A stretch of 64,000 nt of DNA, taken from sequence record NC_070950.1; one strand, 5' to 3'. Positions 1-7,812 of the stretch are shown here, piece after piece (position 1 is the stretch's first letter; each line of letters starts with the position of its first letter). The notes beneath the pieces were generated by a model. The model was not told where the DNA came from, did not search any database, and saw nothing but the letters and a program-made list of their open reading frames with translations. A program made the translations under genes and the position numbers.

Positions 1-2
1 GC

Positions 3-488
3 AATAAACTCGATTTGATCAAAGATGCCGTAGGTGATGTTTTGGTCATCATGACCAACGTCGCTAAGATGTACGGGGTTGAACCGTCTTCTGTTATTAC
101 CTTTGACGAAGATGAACGAGGAGGGCATTTTGAATGGAGCGCAGGTACGATTGGGTTGATCGCGGACATGTACGCCTTTTGGGGGGAAGCTTTTAGCCTT
201 GTAGAAGATCACGACGTCGAGCGCAATTTTACCGACCTAGACGCCGTCTATTATCCGGTACTCAATATCCTTTATGAGATCGCCCGCCGTTATAACTTTA
301 CGTTGCAGGAAGCCATCGAAGCGTCTTACGACGAGATTAAAGATCGTAAGGGGGTTTTCTATAATGACGTCTTCGTTAAAGAAGCTGACTTTACTCCGGC
401 TTGGGCGGTTGAGACGTTAGTGGATAAAGGTCTGTCGATGTCGGCTCGAGGATATCTCTCCCATTGGTTGGCGAGACAAGCCGGTTAG
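3..488 (+). CDS. MazG-like NTP pyrophosphohydrolase, 5'-truncated by the window edge
   Basis: The frame is open to the edge (NKLDLIKDAVGDVLV). It carries the MazG-type DAVGD motif and the C-terminal EAIEASYDEIKDRKG typical of phage MazG-like proteins. Confidence 0.75.
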   Translation, partial: NKLDLIKDAVGDVLVIMTNVAKMYGVEPSSVITFDEDERGGHFEWSAGTIGLIADMYAFWGEAFSLVEDHDVERNFTDLDAVYYPVLNILYEIARRYNFTLQEAIEASYDEIKDRKGVFYNDVFVKEADFTPAWAVETLVDKGLSMSARGYLSHWLARQAG

Positions 489-498
489 TAATCTTTGT

Positions 499-516
499 GG
501 GTGGGGCTTCCCACCC
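499..516 (+). terminator. GC-rich intergenic hairpin
   Basis: GGGTGGG-gctt-CCCACCC, directly before TTTAGGAG. Confidence 0.5.
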
Positions 517-534
517 CCTATTTAGGAGAAAATT

Positions 535-810
535 ATGGCTCAGGCGCCATCCATAGTTTATTATGCTGCACGCACCACACCGACGGGAATTCTTTTGGTT
601 GGTCAGGATCCTGACACCAAAGAGGTTCGTAAGTTCGATGTACCTAAAGATAAGCTGAACGCCAAATTAGGCGAGAAGTTTCGTTTGAGTTTCGGGGAGT
701 TTCTCAGGGAAGATGAGCCTGACCCGATTATCTTCAGGGTTCATGATCTGAGTAAACCCAAAAAGAAACTCAATCCAAATAAGAAACATGCTAAAAGGAA
801 AAGAAAATGA
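535..810 (+). CDS. hypothetical protein with a very basic C-terminal tail
   Basis: AGGAG SD; ends KPKKKLNPNKKHAKRKRK. Confidence 0.8.
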   Translation: MAQAPSIVYYAARTTPTGILLVGQDPDTKEVRKFDVPKDKLNAKLGEKFRLSFGEFLREDEPDPIIFRVHDLSKPKKKLNPNKKHAKRKRK

Positions 811-1016
811 TCACGGAGATAGTAACTATCGTACTATGTTACTTCGCCGGAGGGTGGTTTTTACATTTACTCTGGTGGCGTAATCAGAGAGCTCCAAAAG
901 AAGGCTACGTCAAAACGTTATTCAAAGCCTGGCTTAGTCCTATATGGCATCTGTTTATTCTTATCGGCCATGCGTTCAAACGGGTAAGTGAATTCTTTTT
1001 GGAAATCTTTAAGTAG
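807..1016 (+). CDS. small membrane protein
   Basis: ATGA overlap with the upstream gene; two hydrophobic segments. Confidence 0.75.
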   Translation: MITEIVTIVLCYFAGGWFLHLLWWRNQRAPKEGYVKTLFKAWLSPIWHLFILIGHAFKRVSEFFLEIFK

Positions 1017-1018
1017 TC

Positions 1019-1243
1019 ATGTTAGAGTTTAAAATTAAATGCGTCAGAGGAAGACGGATGTATAAACTGTTTTCCTTTTTAAGGGAAGTTCTTTACGGGA
1101 GAGGGGTGATTTCTTCTACAGCGATTGACTGGGAGTTGGGAGAAATCACTTTGAGTATCTTTGCGCCGGGAGAAGAAGAAACACTGACAGAAGAAATAAA
1201 ACAGTATTGCGAACAACACAGCTCATTGACTTTTCTATCCTAG
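1019..1243 (+). CDS. hypothetical protein
   Basis: Fills the gap in an operon-like run; no motif recognised. Confidence 0.65.
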   Translation: MLEFKIKCVRGRRMYKLFSFLREVLYGRGVISSTAIDWELGEITLSIFAPGEEETLTEEIKQYCEQHSSLTFLS

Positions 1244-1267
1244 TCTATCTTTTTAGGAACCAACATC

Positions 1268-1516
1268 ATGATGAATAGGTTGAAGTTAAGACTAAAGAAA
1301 AACCTTTCTAAGACCTATCGACAATCCATTAGGTTTGAATCAGATTACCGCTATAGGGTTATCGACCTCGGCAATCATTTTCGTATTGAAAAAAGGATCT
1401 CCGGATATTGGATATTTGCACACTGGATGCGTTTACCGGTTATTTTTAATACCTACGACAGGGCTAAGAACAAGATCATTATTCTCGGCATTCATCACAC
1501 GTTTAAACTCAACTAA
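1268..1516 (+). CDS. basic hypothetical protein
   Basis: Preceded by the conserved leader TTTTAGGAACCAACATC. Confidence 0.75.
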   Translation: MMNRLKLRLKKNLSKTYRQSIRFESDYRYRVIDLGNHFRIEKRISGYWIFAHWMRLPVIFNTYDRAKNKIIILGIHHTFKLN

Positions 1517-1545
1517 TCGATTCACTACTAATTAAGGAAACAAAA

Positions 1546-1968
1546 ATGTATTTATGGTTATTTCGCATTTTAATGGTAATTGCTGTTGCGCTCAATCTTT
1601 ATGGGACGTCGGTTGGTAGCGAGCAAATCGTTTCGTTCGCTGACTGGTTATTTTTACTCTTCACGTCATTCACGATAGGTTGTGTTATCGCTTTGTGTTT
1701 AGTTTACGCCACCCTATTCGCAGCGGGTCAAAAAGTCAAAGATATAGCTAAGAATATCTTAGCTAAAAACGAAGAACGTAAGAAAAAATCATGGTACGGT
1801 CTCAGGGTATGTGTCGGTCGTATCTGGGTATTTGGTTTCATGGCGTTTATGGCTTACTCAGGTTCACCTATTTTGGCTACGCTCAGCATCGTCTTCGTAT
1901 TGATGTCATATGGGCTGAGTTCTTTGATCATGACAAAGGTAAAAGACGTTGTCGCTAAGGAGATTTAA
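1546..1968 (+). CDS. membrane protein (about 4 TM)
   Basis: AAGGA SD; four hydrophobic stretches. Confidence 0.8.
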   Translation: MYLWLFRILMVIAVALNLYGTSVGSEQIVSFADWLFLLFTSFTIGCVIALCLVYATLFAAGQKVKDIAKNILAKNEERKKKSWYGLRVCVGRIWVFGFMAFMAYSGSPILATLSIVFVLMSYGLSSLIMTKVKDVVAKEI

Positions 1969-2216
1969 TGGAGAATATCTCTTTCGGCGATTACCGAAGA
2001 TCGTTAGGGCTGACTAGGACCAATCCTAAGACCGATAAAGAGTTCGCGGTTCCTGATCACGCAGAACGCGTTTACGAGATACCCACAGAGATTGATGTTA
2101 TCGAGGGCGGCGTAAAGCTTGAGTACATTAGCGGAAAGGGTCACGTGTACGCGACATACCGCTGGATCGGCGACATGGGTTGGTGGCGCTGGGAAAGCAG
2201 AAATAAACCAAATTAA
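1968..2216 (+). CDS. hypothetical protein
   Basis: TAATG coupling; AGGAG SD. Confidence 0.75.
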   Translation: MENISFGDYRRSLGLTRTNPKTDKEFAVPDHAERVYEIPTEIDVIEGGVKLEYISGKGHVYATYRWIGDMGWWRWESRNKPN

Positions 2217-2230
2217 CTTTAGGGAATATC

Positions 2231-2683
2231 ATGGCTAACGAATTCAACATTAACGGTAAAAGTATCAATGTGCCTTCAGGCGCGTCCATCAGTTTCTCCA
2301 ATGGAGAACTGTTAATTAACGGCAAACCTCCTTCAGAGATTGAGCCTGGTCAGAACATCACAGTTAATATCGTCGTACAGGGTTCTGTTACGAAAATCGA
2401 TATCGGATCAGGGACTGTCACTGTCAATGGATCGGCCGGGGAAATAAAAACAGCATCCGGCAACGTCAATGTCCAAGGTAATTGCGAGGGTCAGATAACC
2501 ACCGCATCGGGGGATGTGGGCGTTGGCCAAGAAGCAAGAAACGGAATAAAAACCGCGTCTGGTAACGTGACCACAAAGACTATAAAGGGCAACGTTGAAA
2601 CTTCTTCCGGAGATATTCAAGCTGATCAGATCGTCGGTAATGTTAAAACGACTTTCGGCACGATAAAACACCCTCATGGATAA
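2231..2683 (+). CDS. DUF4097-like beta-strand repeat protein
   Basis: Repeats IKTASGNV, ITTASGDV, IKTASGNV, VETSSGDI, VKTTFGTI. Confidence 0.75.
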   Translation: MANEFNINGKSINVPSGASISFSNGELLINGKPPSEIEPGQNITVNIVVQGSVTKIDIGSGTVTVNGSAGEIKTASGNVNVQGNCEGQITTASGDVGVGQEARNGIKTASGNVTTKTIKGNVETSSGDIQADQIVGNVKTTFGTIKHPHG

Positions 2684-2689
2684 ACCATT

Positions 2690-2723
2690 TATACTCCTAC
2701 GGCGATTAAGCCGTAGGAGTATA
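2690..2723 (+). terminator. CTCCTAC/GTAGGAG-family hairpin
   Basis: 14-bp perfect stem TATACTCCTACGGC-gattaa-GCCGTAGGAGTATA. Confidence 0.75.
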
Positions 2724-2776
2724 TTTAAACGGTTATTTTTAGTTATTGAACTTCTCTTCCCTTTTAAGGATTATCT

Positions 2777-3640
2777 ATGAATTTTCAATCTTTGAAGAAA
2801 CTCGTCGGCCCGATTGAGTTATCTTGCATATCCTTCTGTTTGTTATTTATGATATTTAATCTACCGGCGGCTCAGGAGTCGTGGTTAGTCTCCGCAGTAT
2901 GTTATTTGGCTTTATTGTTCTCTGCCAGTTGGTTATTCAAAGCGGCAGGTTGTGTTCTGTGTTATAAAACGGAAGGCGGGTATGATGACGAACACGATCT
3001 AGAACATGTAGAGAACGTATTGCGAGGCGACCTTAGTTCTAAAGAGTGGTCTGCATTAACAGCGTGGCGAGTTCTAGTCGGGGTGGTTGTTCTGTTAGGA
3101 CTGGGAATATGGTACGGGGTGGGTTATTTCACCATGTTCTTTGCATCGCAGGGAATAGGTTTGCTTGTCAAAACCTATTACGATGATTGGAAGAAAAACA
3201 ACCAACCGTTATTAGAGAACGCCCGTAAAGAATTTCTTTTGGCTATTCAAGATGAAGGCGCTATTCTCAGCGGGGCTATTTTTATTAAAGGTCGGGGATC
3301 CTTCATTCTTAAGAAAGGATATAACGCAGCCGAATTTGACGCCATGTTAGATTGGTTAGATTTCGATTACGACCAAGAAGCATTAGAAGACGGATTCATG
3401 ATGATCCAGGGCTTCTTCGAACTCCAAGACAACTATCAAATTCAGCGTTATTGGGATGGGGAAGTTGGAGAATGCTGGGTGGTATTTAAGTGCCATGATC
3501 TAAGTACCATAACCGATCCGTTAACGTTATCGGCCGCATTATTAACCGATAATGAATTCGTAGAGGAATTCGAAGAATACCTCAAACAACATCCAGAAGA
3601 AATAGGATTAGAAAATGAAACCGATCGAACCGGGCTGTAA
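2777..3640 (+). CDS. membrane protein with a soluble acidic C-terminal domain
   Basis: About 4 N-terminal TM segments. The C-terminal part (LDFDYD...QRYWDGEVGECW) resembles a common small phage domain of unknown function. Confidence 0.75.
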   Translation: MNFQSLKKLVGPIELSCISFCLLFMIFNLPAAQESWLVSAVCYLALLFSASWLFKAAGCVLCYKTEGGYDDEHDLEHVENVLRGDLSSKEWSALTAWRVLVGVVVLLGLGIWYGVGYFTMFFASQGIGLLVKTYYDDWKKNNQPLLENARKEFLLAIQDEGAILSGAIFIKGRGSFILKKGYNAAEFDAMLDWLDFDYDQEALEDGFMMIQGFFELQDNYQIQRYWDGEVGECWVVFKCHDLSTITDPLTLSAALLTDNEFVEEFEEYLKQHPEEIGLENETDRTGL

Positions 3641-4055
3641 GTGCCTGATTATTAAAGATATTTATTCTCCTGAGAACGTGGGTAAAGAGGTCACCGTGAT
3701 CAGGGTTTACGATCCCGGTACTCGCTTCTTTTTCTCATTTAAGGACGGTCAGGTGGGGAGCTTTATAACAGCGGGCAGATGTTGGAGTGTGTCTGAAATA
3801 ATCCCCGCCGTAGTGTTTGTGCGGACGGGCGGCGGTCGCATACCCAGCCAGGTCTTTGATATTAACGAATCGGGACGCTGCATCAATGGACTGGTGGGGG
3901 AACCCAGACTCATACGTATCGATGGGGAAGACTTCGACGATAATCCTTATCAGGAGAAGAAACCAATCTCAGATATACTGAGTTCTTTACAAGCCCACTG
4001 GGTCAACTCACCCGAAACATGGGATGAAAATCAAAGGAGGGTTCAACATGGATGA
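3615..4055 (+). CDS. hypothetical protein, N-terminus possibly SH3-like
   Basis: AGGA SD; starts MKPIEPGCKCLII...NVGKEVTV. Confidence 0.7.
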   Translation: MKPIEPGCKCLIIKDIYSPENVGKEVTVIRVYDPGTRFFFSFKDGQVGSFITAGRCWSVSEIIPAVVFVRTGGGRIPSQVFDINESGRCINGLVGEPRLIRIDGEDFDDNPYQEKKPISDILSSLQAHWVNSPETWDENQRRVQHG

Positions 4056-4314
4056 TCTGATGAATTATCTTTGGGTTTTCCTGGCCATATTGGGGATAAA
4101 GTTCATCTTCGCTATTCATAAGGATAGCAAAGAAATGGGATACAGCCCCATCCCAAAAGTGGAATGGCGAGGGGGAGCGTTCTCTGCAGGGCCGGTGGTT
4201 TATTTTCTTTTCGGGTGTGCGATAGGGAATTACCAAAACATTTATTTATGTTTGGGTGTTCTAGCATTAATTATCGTTATTCTCAAATGCGATTTCTTTG
4301 TAAGAGAAGAGTAA
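4048..4314 (+). CDS. small membrane protein (start moved from 4024)
   Basis: GGAGG lies just upstream of the ATG at 4048; three hydrophobic segments. Confidence 0.7.
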   Translation: MDDLMNYLWVFLAILGIKFIFAIHKDSKEMGYSPIPKVEWRGGAFSAGPVVYFLFGCAIGNYQNIYLCLGVLALIIVILKCDFFVREE

Positions 4315-4319
4315 TCTGA

Positions 4320-4345
4320 ATAGACCTAGTTATAACTAGGTCTAT
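4320..4345. repeat. perfect 26-bp palindrome
   Basis: ATAGACCTAGTTATAACTAGGTCTAT equals its own reverse complement. Confidence 0.9.
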
Positions 4346-4350
4346 ATTAC
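4343..4350 (+). promoter_or_regulatory. phiKZ-type early promoter core TATATTAC
   Basis: Exact match to the early consensus known for phiKZ; AACATTTAGGA follows 14 nt later. Confidence 0.7.
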
Positions 4351-4384
4351 CTTTATGCCGAACTAACATTTAGGAATTAAAATC

Positions 4385-4972
4385 ATGATGAATCAATTGA
4401 AGGATTGGATTGACTACACCTCTTACTGGAATACGTATAACCGCGTTCTTCTTCGTAAAGGAGGGATGTACACCGAACAGATCGAACTGGAGCTCACCCC
4501 AATTAACGACGAGTGGGACGAAGTTAAACTCTGTAAAATCCGTAAGCATCGTACGAGCATGGGCCCGGGGGATAAAATTAGTCATCATCTCCATCCTGAC
4601 ATCTTTGCATTGATGGAAGAGAAGCTAGGATATCATTTAGCCCATTTTATCTTTCACTACGATATCTACACTAAGCTAACCAATTACGATGCGAGAAGAT
4701 ACTGGTACTTGCTTGATCGCTATGTCTTTAATGGTGGAGGTGGGATACCTCTGGTGTTGATAGATCCAAGCTTTGATTTGCTGAGAGAGGATTGGGCTAA
4801 AGGGACTTCCTCGGCTTACGCCGACGCTAAACAACGCATTATGGATAGATTGAACATAGGGTTGGATCAGGTAAACAATCTGAGTTTTTTCGGGGATTTA
4901 AGACGCTTGGACATTCACGATCACACACCATTTAGAGTGGGCGTGGCAACTTGGGTGGGGGATAAACGATGA
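4385..4972 (+). CDS. hypothetical protein
   Basis: TTAGGA SD; first gene after the early promoter. Confidence 0.8.
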   Translation: MMNQLKDWIDYTSYWNTYNRVLLRKGGMYTEQIELELTPINDEWDEVKLCKIRKHRTSMGPGDKISHHLHPDIFALMEEKLGYHLAHFIFHYDIYTKLTNYDARRYWYLLDRYVFNGGGGIPLVLIDPSFDLLREDWAKGTSSAYADAKQRIMDRLNIGLDQVNNLSFFGDLRRLDIHDHTPFRVGVATWVGDKR

Positions 4973-5388
4973 AACTCATTCATGGTAGAACTAGGTCGGT
5001 TATCCTCATAGGGAAATACGCCATAAAGCTCCCCTATTTGAAATCCTGGCCGTATTTCGTTAGAGGGTTACTGGACAACATGTTCGAGAAAAGCTATAAC
5101 CGATTCCCTAGTGAGTCATTGGCCCCTTTATTATTTTCTCTTCCTGGTGGTTTCTTAAACGTATACCCACGTTGTAGTGTAATAACCGATCCCAAAGACC
5201 CGCAACTTTGGAAACTATTCAAAAATCTTTACGAAGAGGATAACGAGTACATTTTAAATATCATAGAAGTCGCCGAGCCTTCCAACTTCGGTTATTATCA
5301 AGGTCGAATAGTAGCGATTGACTATGGCCATGGCCAACAGTACTTTTTGAACAAACGTATCGTCGAAGATGAATTGGGATTATTTTGA
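4969..5388 (+). CDS. minimal protein-kinase-like fold protein
   Basis: GRTRSVILIGKYAIKLP (beta1-3 with Lys), DNMFE, PSNFG, IVAIDYG (DFG-like). Confidence 0.6.
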   Translation: MKLIHGRTRSVILIGKYAIKLPYLKSWPYFVRGLLDNMFEKSYNRFPSESLAPLLFSLPGGFLNVYPRCSVITDPKDPQLWKLFKNLYEEDNEYILNIIEVAEPSNFGYYQGRIVAIDYGHGQQYFLNKRIVEDELGLF

Positions 5389-5438
5389 ATTTTTATCTAG
5401 TCAAGCGTGGTTTGGGCGGCTAAACCATAAGGAACGGT

Positions 5439-5684
5439 ATGAGAGATAATTTGGTAATATTGGGTAAGGGGTTCTATTTAGTAAGAACCCAGGCCGGTTT
5501 CAGAAAAGCGATTAAACATAGATTCTCTAATTCTCCGGATATCGCTGAAGAACGACCGTCCAATTATCCACGTTCGTACCCGGCCATTGTGTCCATATCG
5601 ACAGAATACAGGGGGTATTGGTATCCTAGTGTAAACTGGATCCCTTTAAACGACTTACTTGGTCAGATAAAGGAAAGTGAATGA
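5439..5684 (+). CDS. hypothetical protein
   Basis: AAGGA SD; no function recognised. Confidence 0.75.
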   Translation: MRDNLVILGKGFYLVRTQAGFRKAIKHRFSNSPDIAEERPSNYPRSYPAIVSISTEYRGYWYPSVNWIPLNDLLGQIKESE

Positions 5685-5950
5685 AATCGGAAATCATCGT
5701 TACCAGAACGTTCGCTCAGTTAAAAGAACTTCGGATAATGATCAGCCGTAAATTGGTTAAGTCGGCTTCTTTGGTTGAAACTACAGAGGGATGGTCGGTA
5801 GAGTTCAAAACAGAATACGGGGATAGAGTATTCTCTTCGTCAAAGAATGCGTACTATCCAAAGACCTTCAAAGGATTTACAGCACCCATCAAAATGTTGA
5901 GAAAGATGGGATTTGACGAAGTAAAGCTGGTATTTCTAAAGGCCAAATGA
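5681..5950 (+). CDS. hypothetical protein
   Basis: 4-nt overlap with the upstream stop; AAGGA SD. Confidence 0.75.
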   Translation: MKSEIIVTRTFAQLKELRIMISRKLVKSASLVETTEGWSVEFKTEYGDRVFSSSKNAYYPKTFKGFTAPIKMLRKMGFDEVKLVFLKAK

Positions 5951-5971
5951 TATTAATTTAGGAGAAATGAA

Positions 5972-6283
5972 ATGAAATTATTTCTGGTTCGTTCGTCCGA
6001 TAATCATGGGAAATACGAAAGATGGTGGGAATTGGTTGTTGCTGCTAAAGATGAGACGGAAGCAAAAGACATAACGTTCCCGCATCCTGATTTCGTTTCT
6101 GGCGCTTCAGTATTTGAACCAGTCCCTACTGGTGATAGTCATGGTTCGCTATCAGGTCTTCCTTATGGAGAAAAAGGCCGTGGGTATTGGTACCCTAACC
6201 GTGATAACCTCCATGTTATCTGTTTGGGCGAAACTCCTCTTACAGAGCCAGGAGCCATATCAGGGTTTTTCTACCACGCGTAA
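5972..6283 (+). CDS. hypothetical protein, paralogue of 12583..12885
   Basis: AGGAG SD; shares MKLFLV / LVVAA / HP / W..LH..LG blocks with 12583..12885. Confidence 0.75.
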   Translation: MKLFLVRSSDNHGKYERWWELVVAAKDETEAKDITFPHPDFVSGASVFEPVPTGDSHGSLSGLPYGEKGRGYWYPNRDNLHVICLGETPLTEPGAISGFFYHA

Positions 6284-6306
6284 CAAGCATCTTTAGGGGA
6301 AATCTC

Positions 6307-6633
6307 ATGAAAGTAACAATCCAAGTGCTGGAAGACAGAGAAGTCGATATTATCGAGGCCTTAGAAAAAAGTTTGTTCATCCCCCATTTCTATTTCGTGC
6401 ATCGGGGGCGGGATAAAGGAGAATTCTTAGGGGAGGATGACGATTCTATTTTGATCATCTCACAGGAGTTGGTTGATTGTTGTCCTGAACTGGTCGTATT
6501 GGAATGCGGGGATTTGGAAAAACTATGTTTCTCCCAACGACGCACCAAAACCGAAAAAGAGGTTATTATCGAATACCTCAAAGCCAATCGAGAAAAGATT
6601 ATCAAAGTCACTGACTTGCCGGGGTACTATTAA
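6307..6633 (+). CDS. hypothetical protein
   Basis: SD; TAATG coupling to the next gene. Confidence 0.75.
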   Translation: MKVTIQVLEDREVDIIEALEKSLFIPHFYFVHRGRDKGEFLGEDDDSILIISQELVDCCPELVVLECGDLEKLCFSQRRTKTEKEVIIEYLKANREKIIKVTDLPGYY

Positions 6634-7166
6634 TGACTGCTCGTTGGTTCGCAGGGGATTTCCATTTAGGAGATCCTTCTATTATCAAATACCGTAAACA
6701 GTTTAAAACGGTAAAAGAGCACGATGAATTTATCGCCGATACGATTTTGGTTAAGCCTCGTGATCACGACGTGTTAACCATCGTTGGCGACGGATTCATT
6801 AAACCCGAATCGCTGTTCATCCTGAAGAAATTCCCGTATAAGAAACATCTTATCCCGGGGAATCACTGTATGGAGAAAGGCGTTAAGGTTACCGATCTTG
6901 CTGCTTTCTTCGACGTTGTTACCGGATCGTTTAAATGGAAGAGTGGGTTCTTCGTATCCCATGAACCTCAGCATCCTAATCATCTCCGAGGTCGCATCAA
7001 TATCCATGCTCATTTGCATGATAAAGTGATCGAAGACGAACGTTATATCGGGGTGTCGTTAGAACAAACCGGCTATCGTTTAATCCATCACGATGAGATC
7101 TTATCTGGTTCTTATCGTACTTATCGCAAACCAACCCTTGAAGACCATTTACATTTAGGAGAATAG
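6633..7166 (+). CDS. calcineurin-like metallophosphoesterase
   Basis: Motifs GDFHLG, VGD, PGNH, SHEP, HAHLH. Confidence 0.88.
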   Translation: MTARWFAGDFHLGDPSIIKYRKQFKTVKEHDEFIADTILVKPRDHDVLTIVGDGFIKPESLFILKKFPYKKHLIPGNHCMEKGVKVTDLAAFFDVVTGSFKWKSGFFVSHEPQHPNHLRGRINIHAHLHDKVIEDERYIGVSLEQTGYRLIHHDEILSGSYRTYRKPTLEDHLHLGE

Positions 7167-7168
7167 CC

Positions 7169-7465
7169 ATGGCTCGTAAACCTTCTACCGTAGGCGAGAT
7201 TATTAAGAAAGAGTATCTCGAACCGATGAACATGAGTATGATGGAACTCTGCCGTCGGACTCATTCAAGCAATGCCGCTATTTCCCGTCTGCTTAGCGGG
7301 AATACTCGTCTGAGTATTGAGATGGCGTTTAAACTCGCTAAGCTCTTTAACACAACTGAAGAGTTTTGGTTGAATCTTCAACGTCAAGTAGATCTTTACG
7401 AAGCTAAGCGAGATAAAGAGCTTAAGGCGACGTTAAAGAAAATTGTTCCCATTAGTAAGGTGTGA
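7169..7465 (+). CDS. higA: HigA-family antitoxin / XRE HTH protein
   Basis: TVGEIIKKEYLEP...ISRLLSGNTRLSIEMAFKLAKLFNTTEEFWLNLQRQVDL. Confidence 0.88.
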   Translation: MARKPSTVGEIIKKEYLEPMNMSMMELCRRTHSSNAAISRLLSGNTRLSIEMAFKLAKLFNTTEEFWLNLQRQVDLYEAKRDKELKATLKKIVPISKV

Positions 7466-7812
7466 TAATGAGTCCGTTTAATATTTATTTTTCTGCTTCT
7501 CCCCTGGGGTCCGCTATAGGGTTAGCGATCTTGCTAGTCCTTGGGTGGTTTTTTATTTACCGCAGCCCTACAGCGATTAATCAAGTTATCGGTAAACAGA
7601 AACGCGTCTACGTTGTTTTGTTCGTCCTGGTATTTTTTATCGGGAGTTGTTTTAATATAGGTACTCGGCAAGCTGAGCTTAATCGTTCTCAGTTCGACGC
7701 CCAGATGAACACTGAGATCATCAAGAAATCACCTACCTCCACGGAAGTCTTCGATGCCCGTGGTAACTTTAATCAAGCGTTAGATAAAGCAAAAAAGGAA
7801 AATGAACAATGA
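7462..7812 (+). CDS. membrane protein coupled to the SPFH gene
   Basis: Two TM segments and a polar helical tail; overlaps both neighbours by 4 nt. Confidence 0.75.
   Translation: MIMSPFNIYFSASPLGSAIGLAILLVLGWFFIYRSPTAINQVIGKQKRVYVVLFVLVFFIGSCFNIGTRQAELNRSQFDAQMNTEIIKKSPTSTEVFDARGNFNQALDKAKKENEQ

Noticed and set aside
2231-2683. Repeats as diversity-generating retroelement TR/VR
   Set aside because: They are protein-level repeats, with no adenine-specific DNA pair and no reverse transcriptase.
1335-6296. Short overlapping alternative ORFs (1335, 2128, 2408, 4003, 4370, 4410, 6114)
   Set aside because: They overlap better-supported genes and lack SDs.
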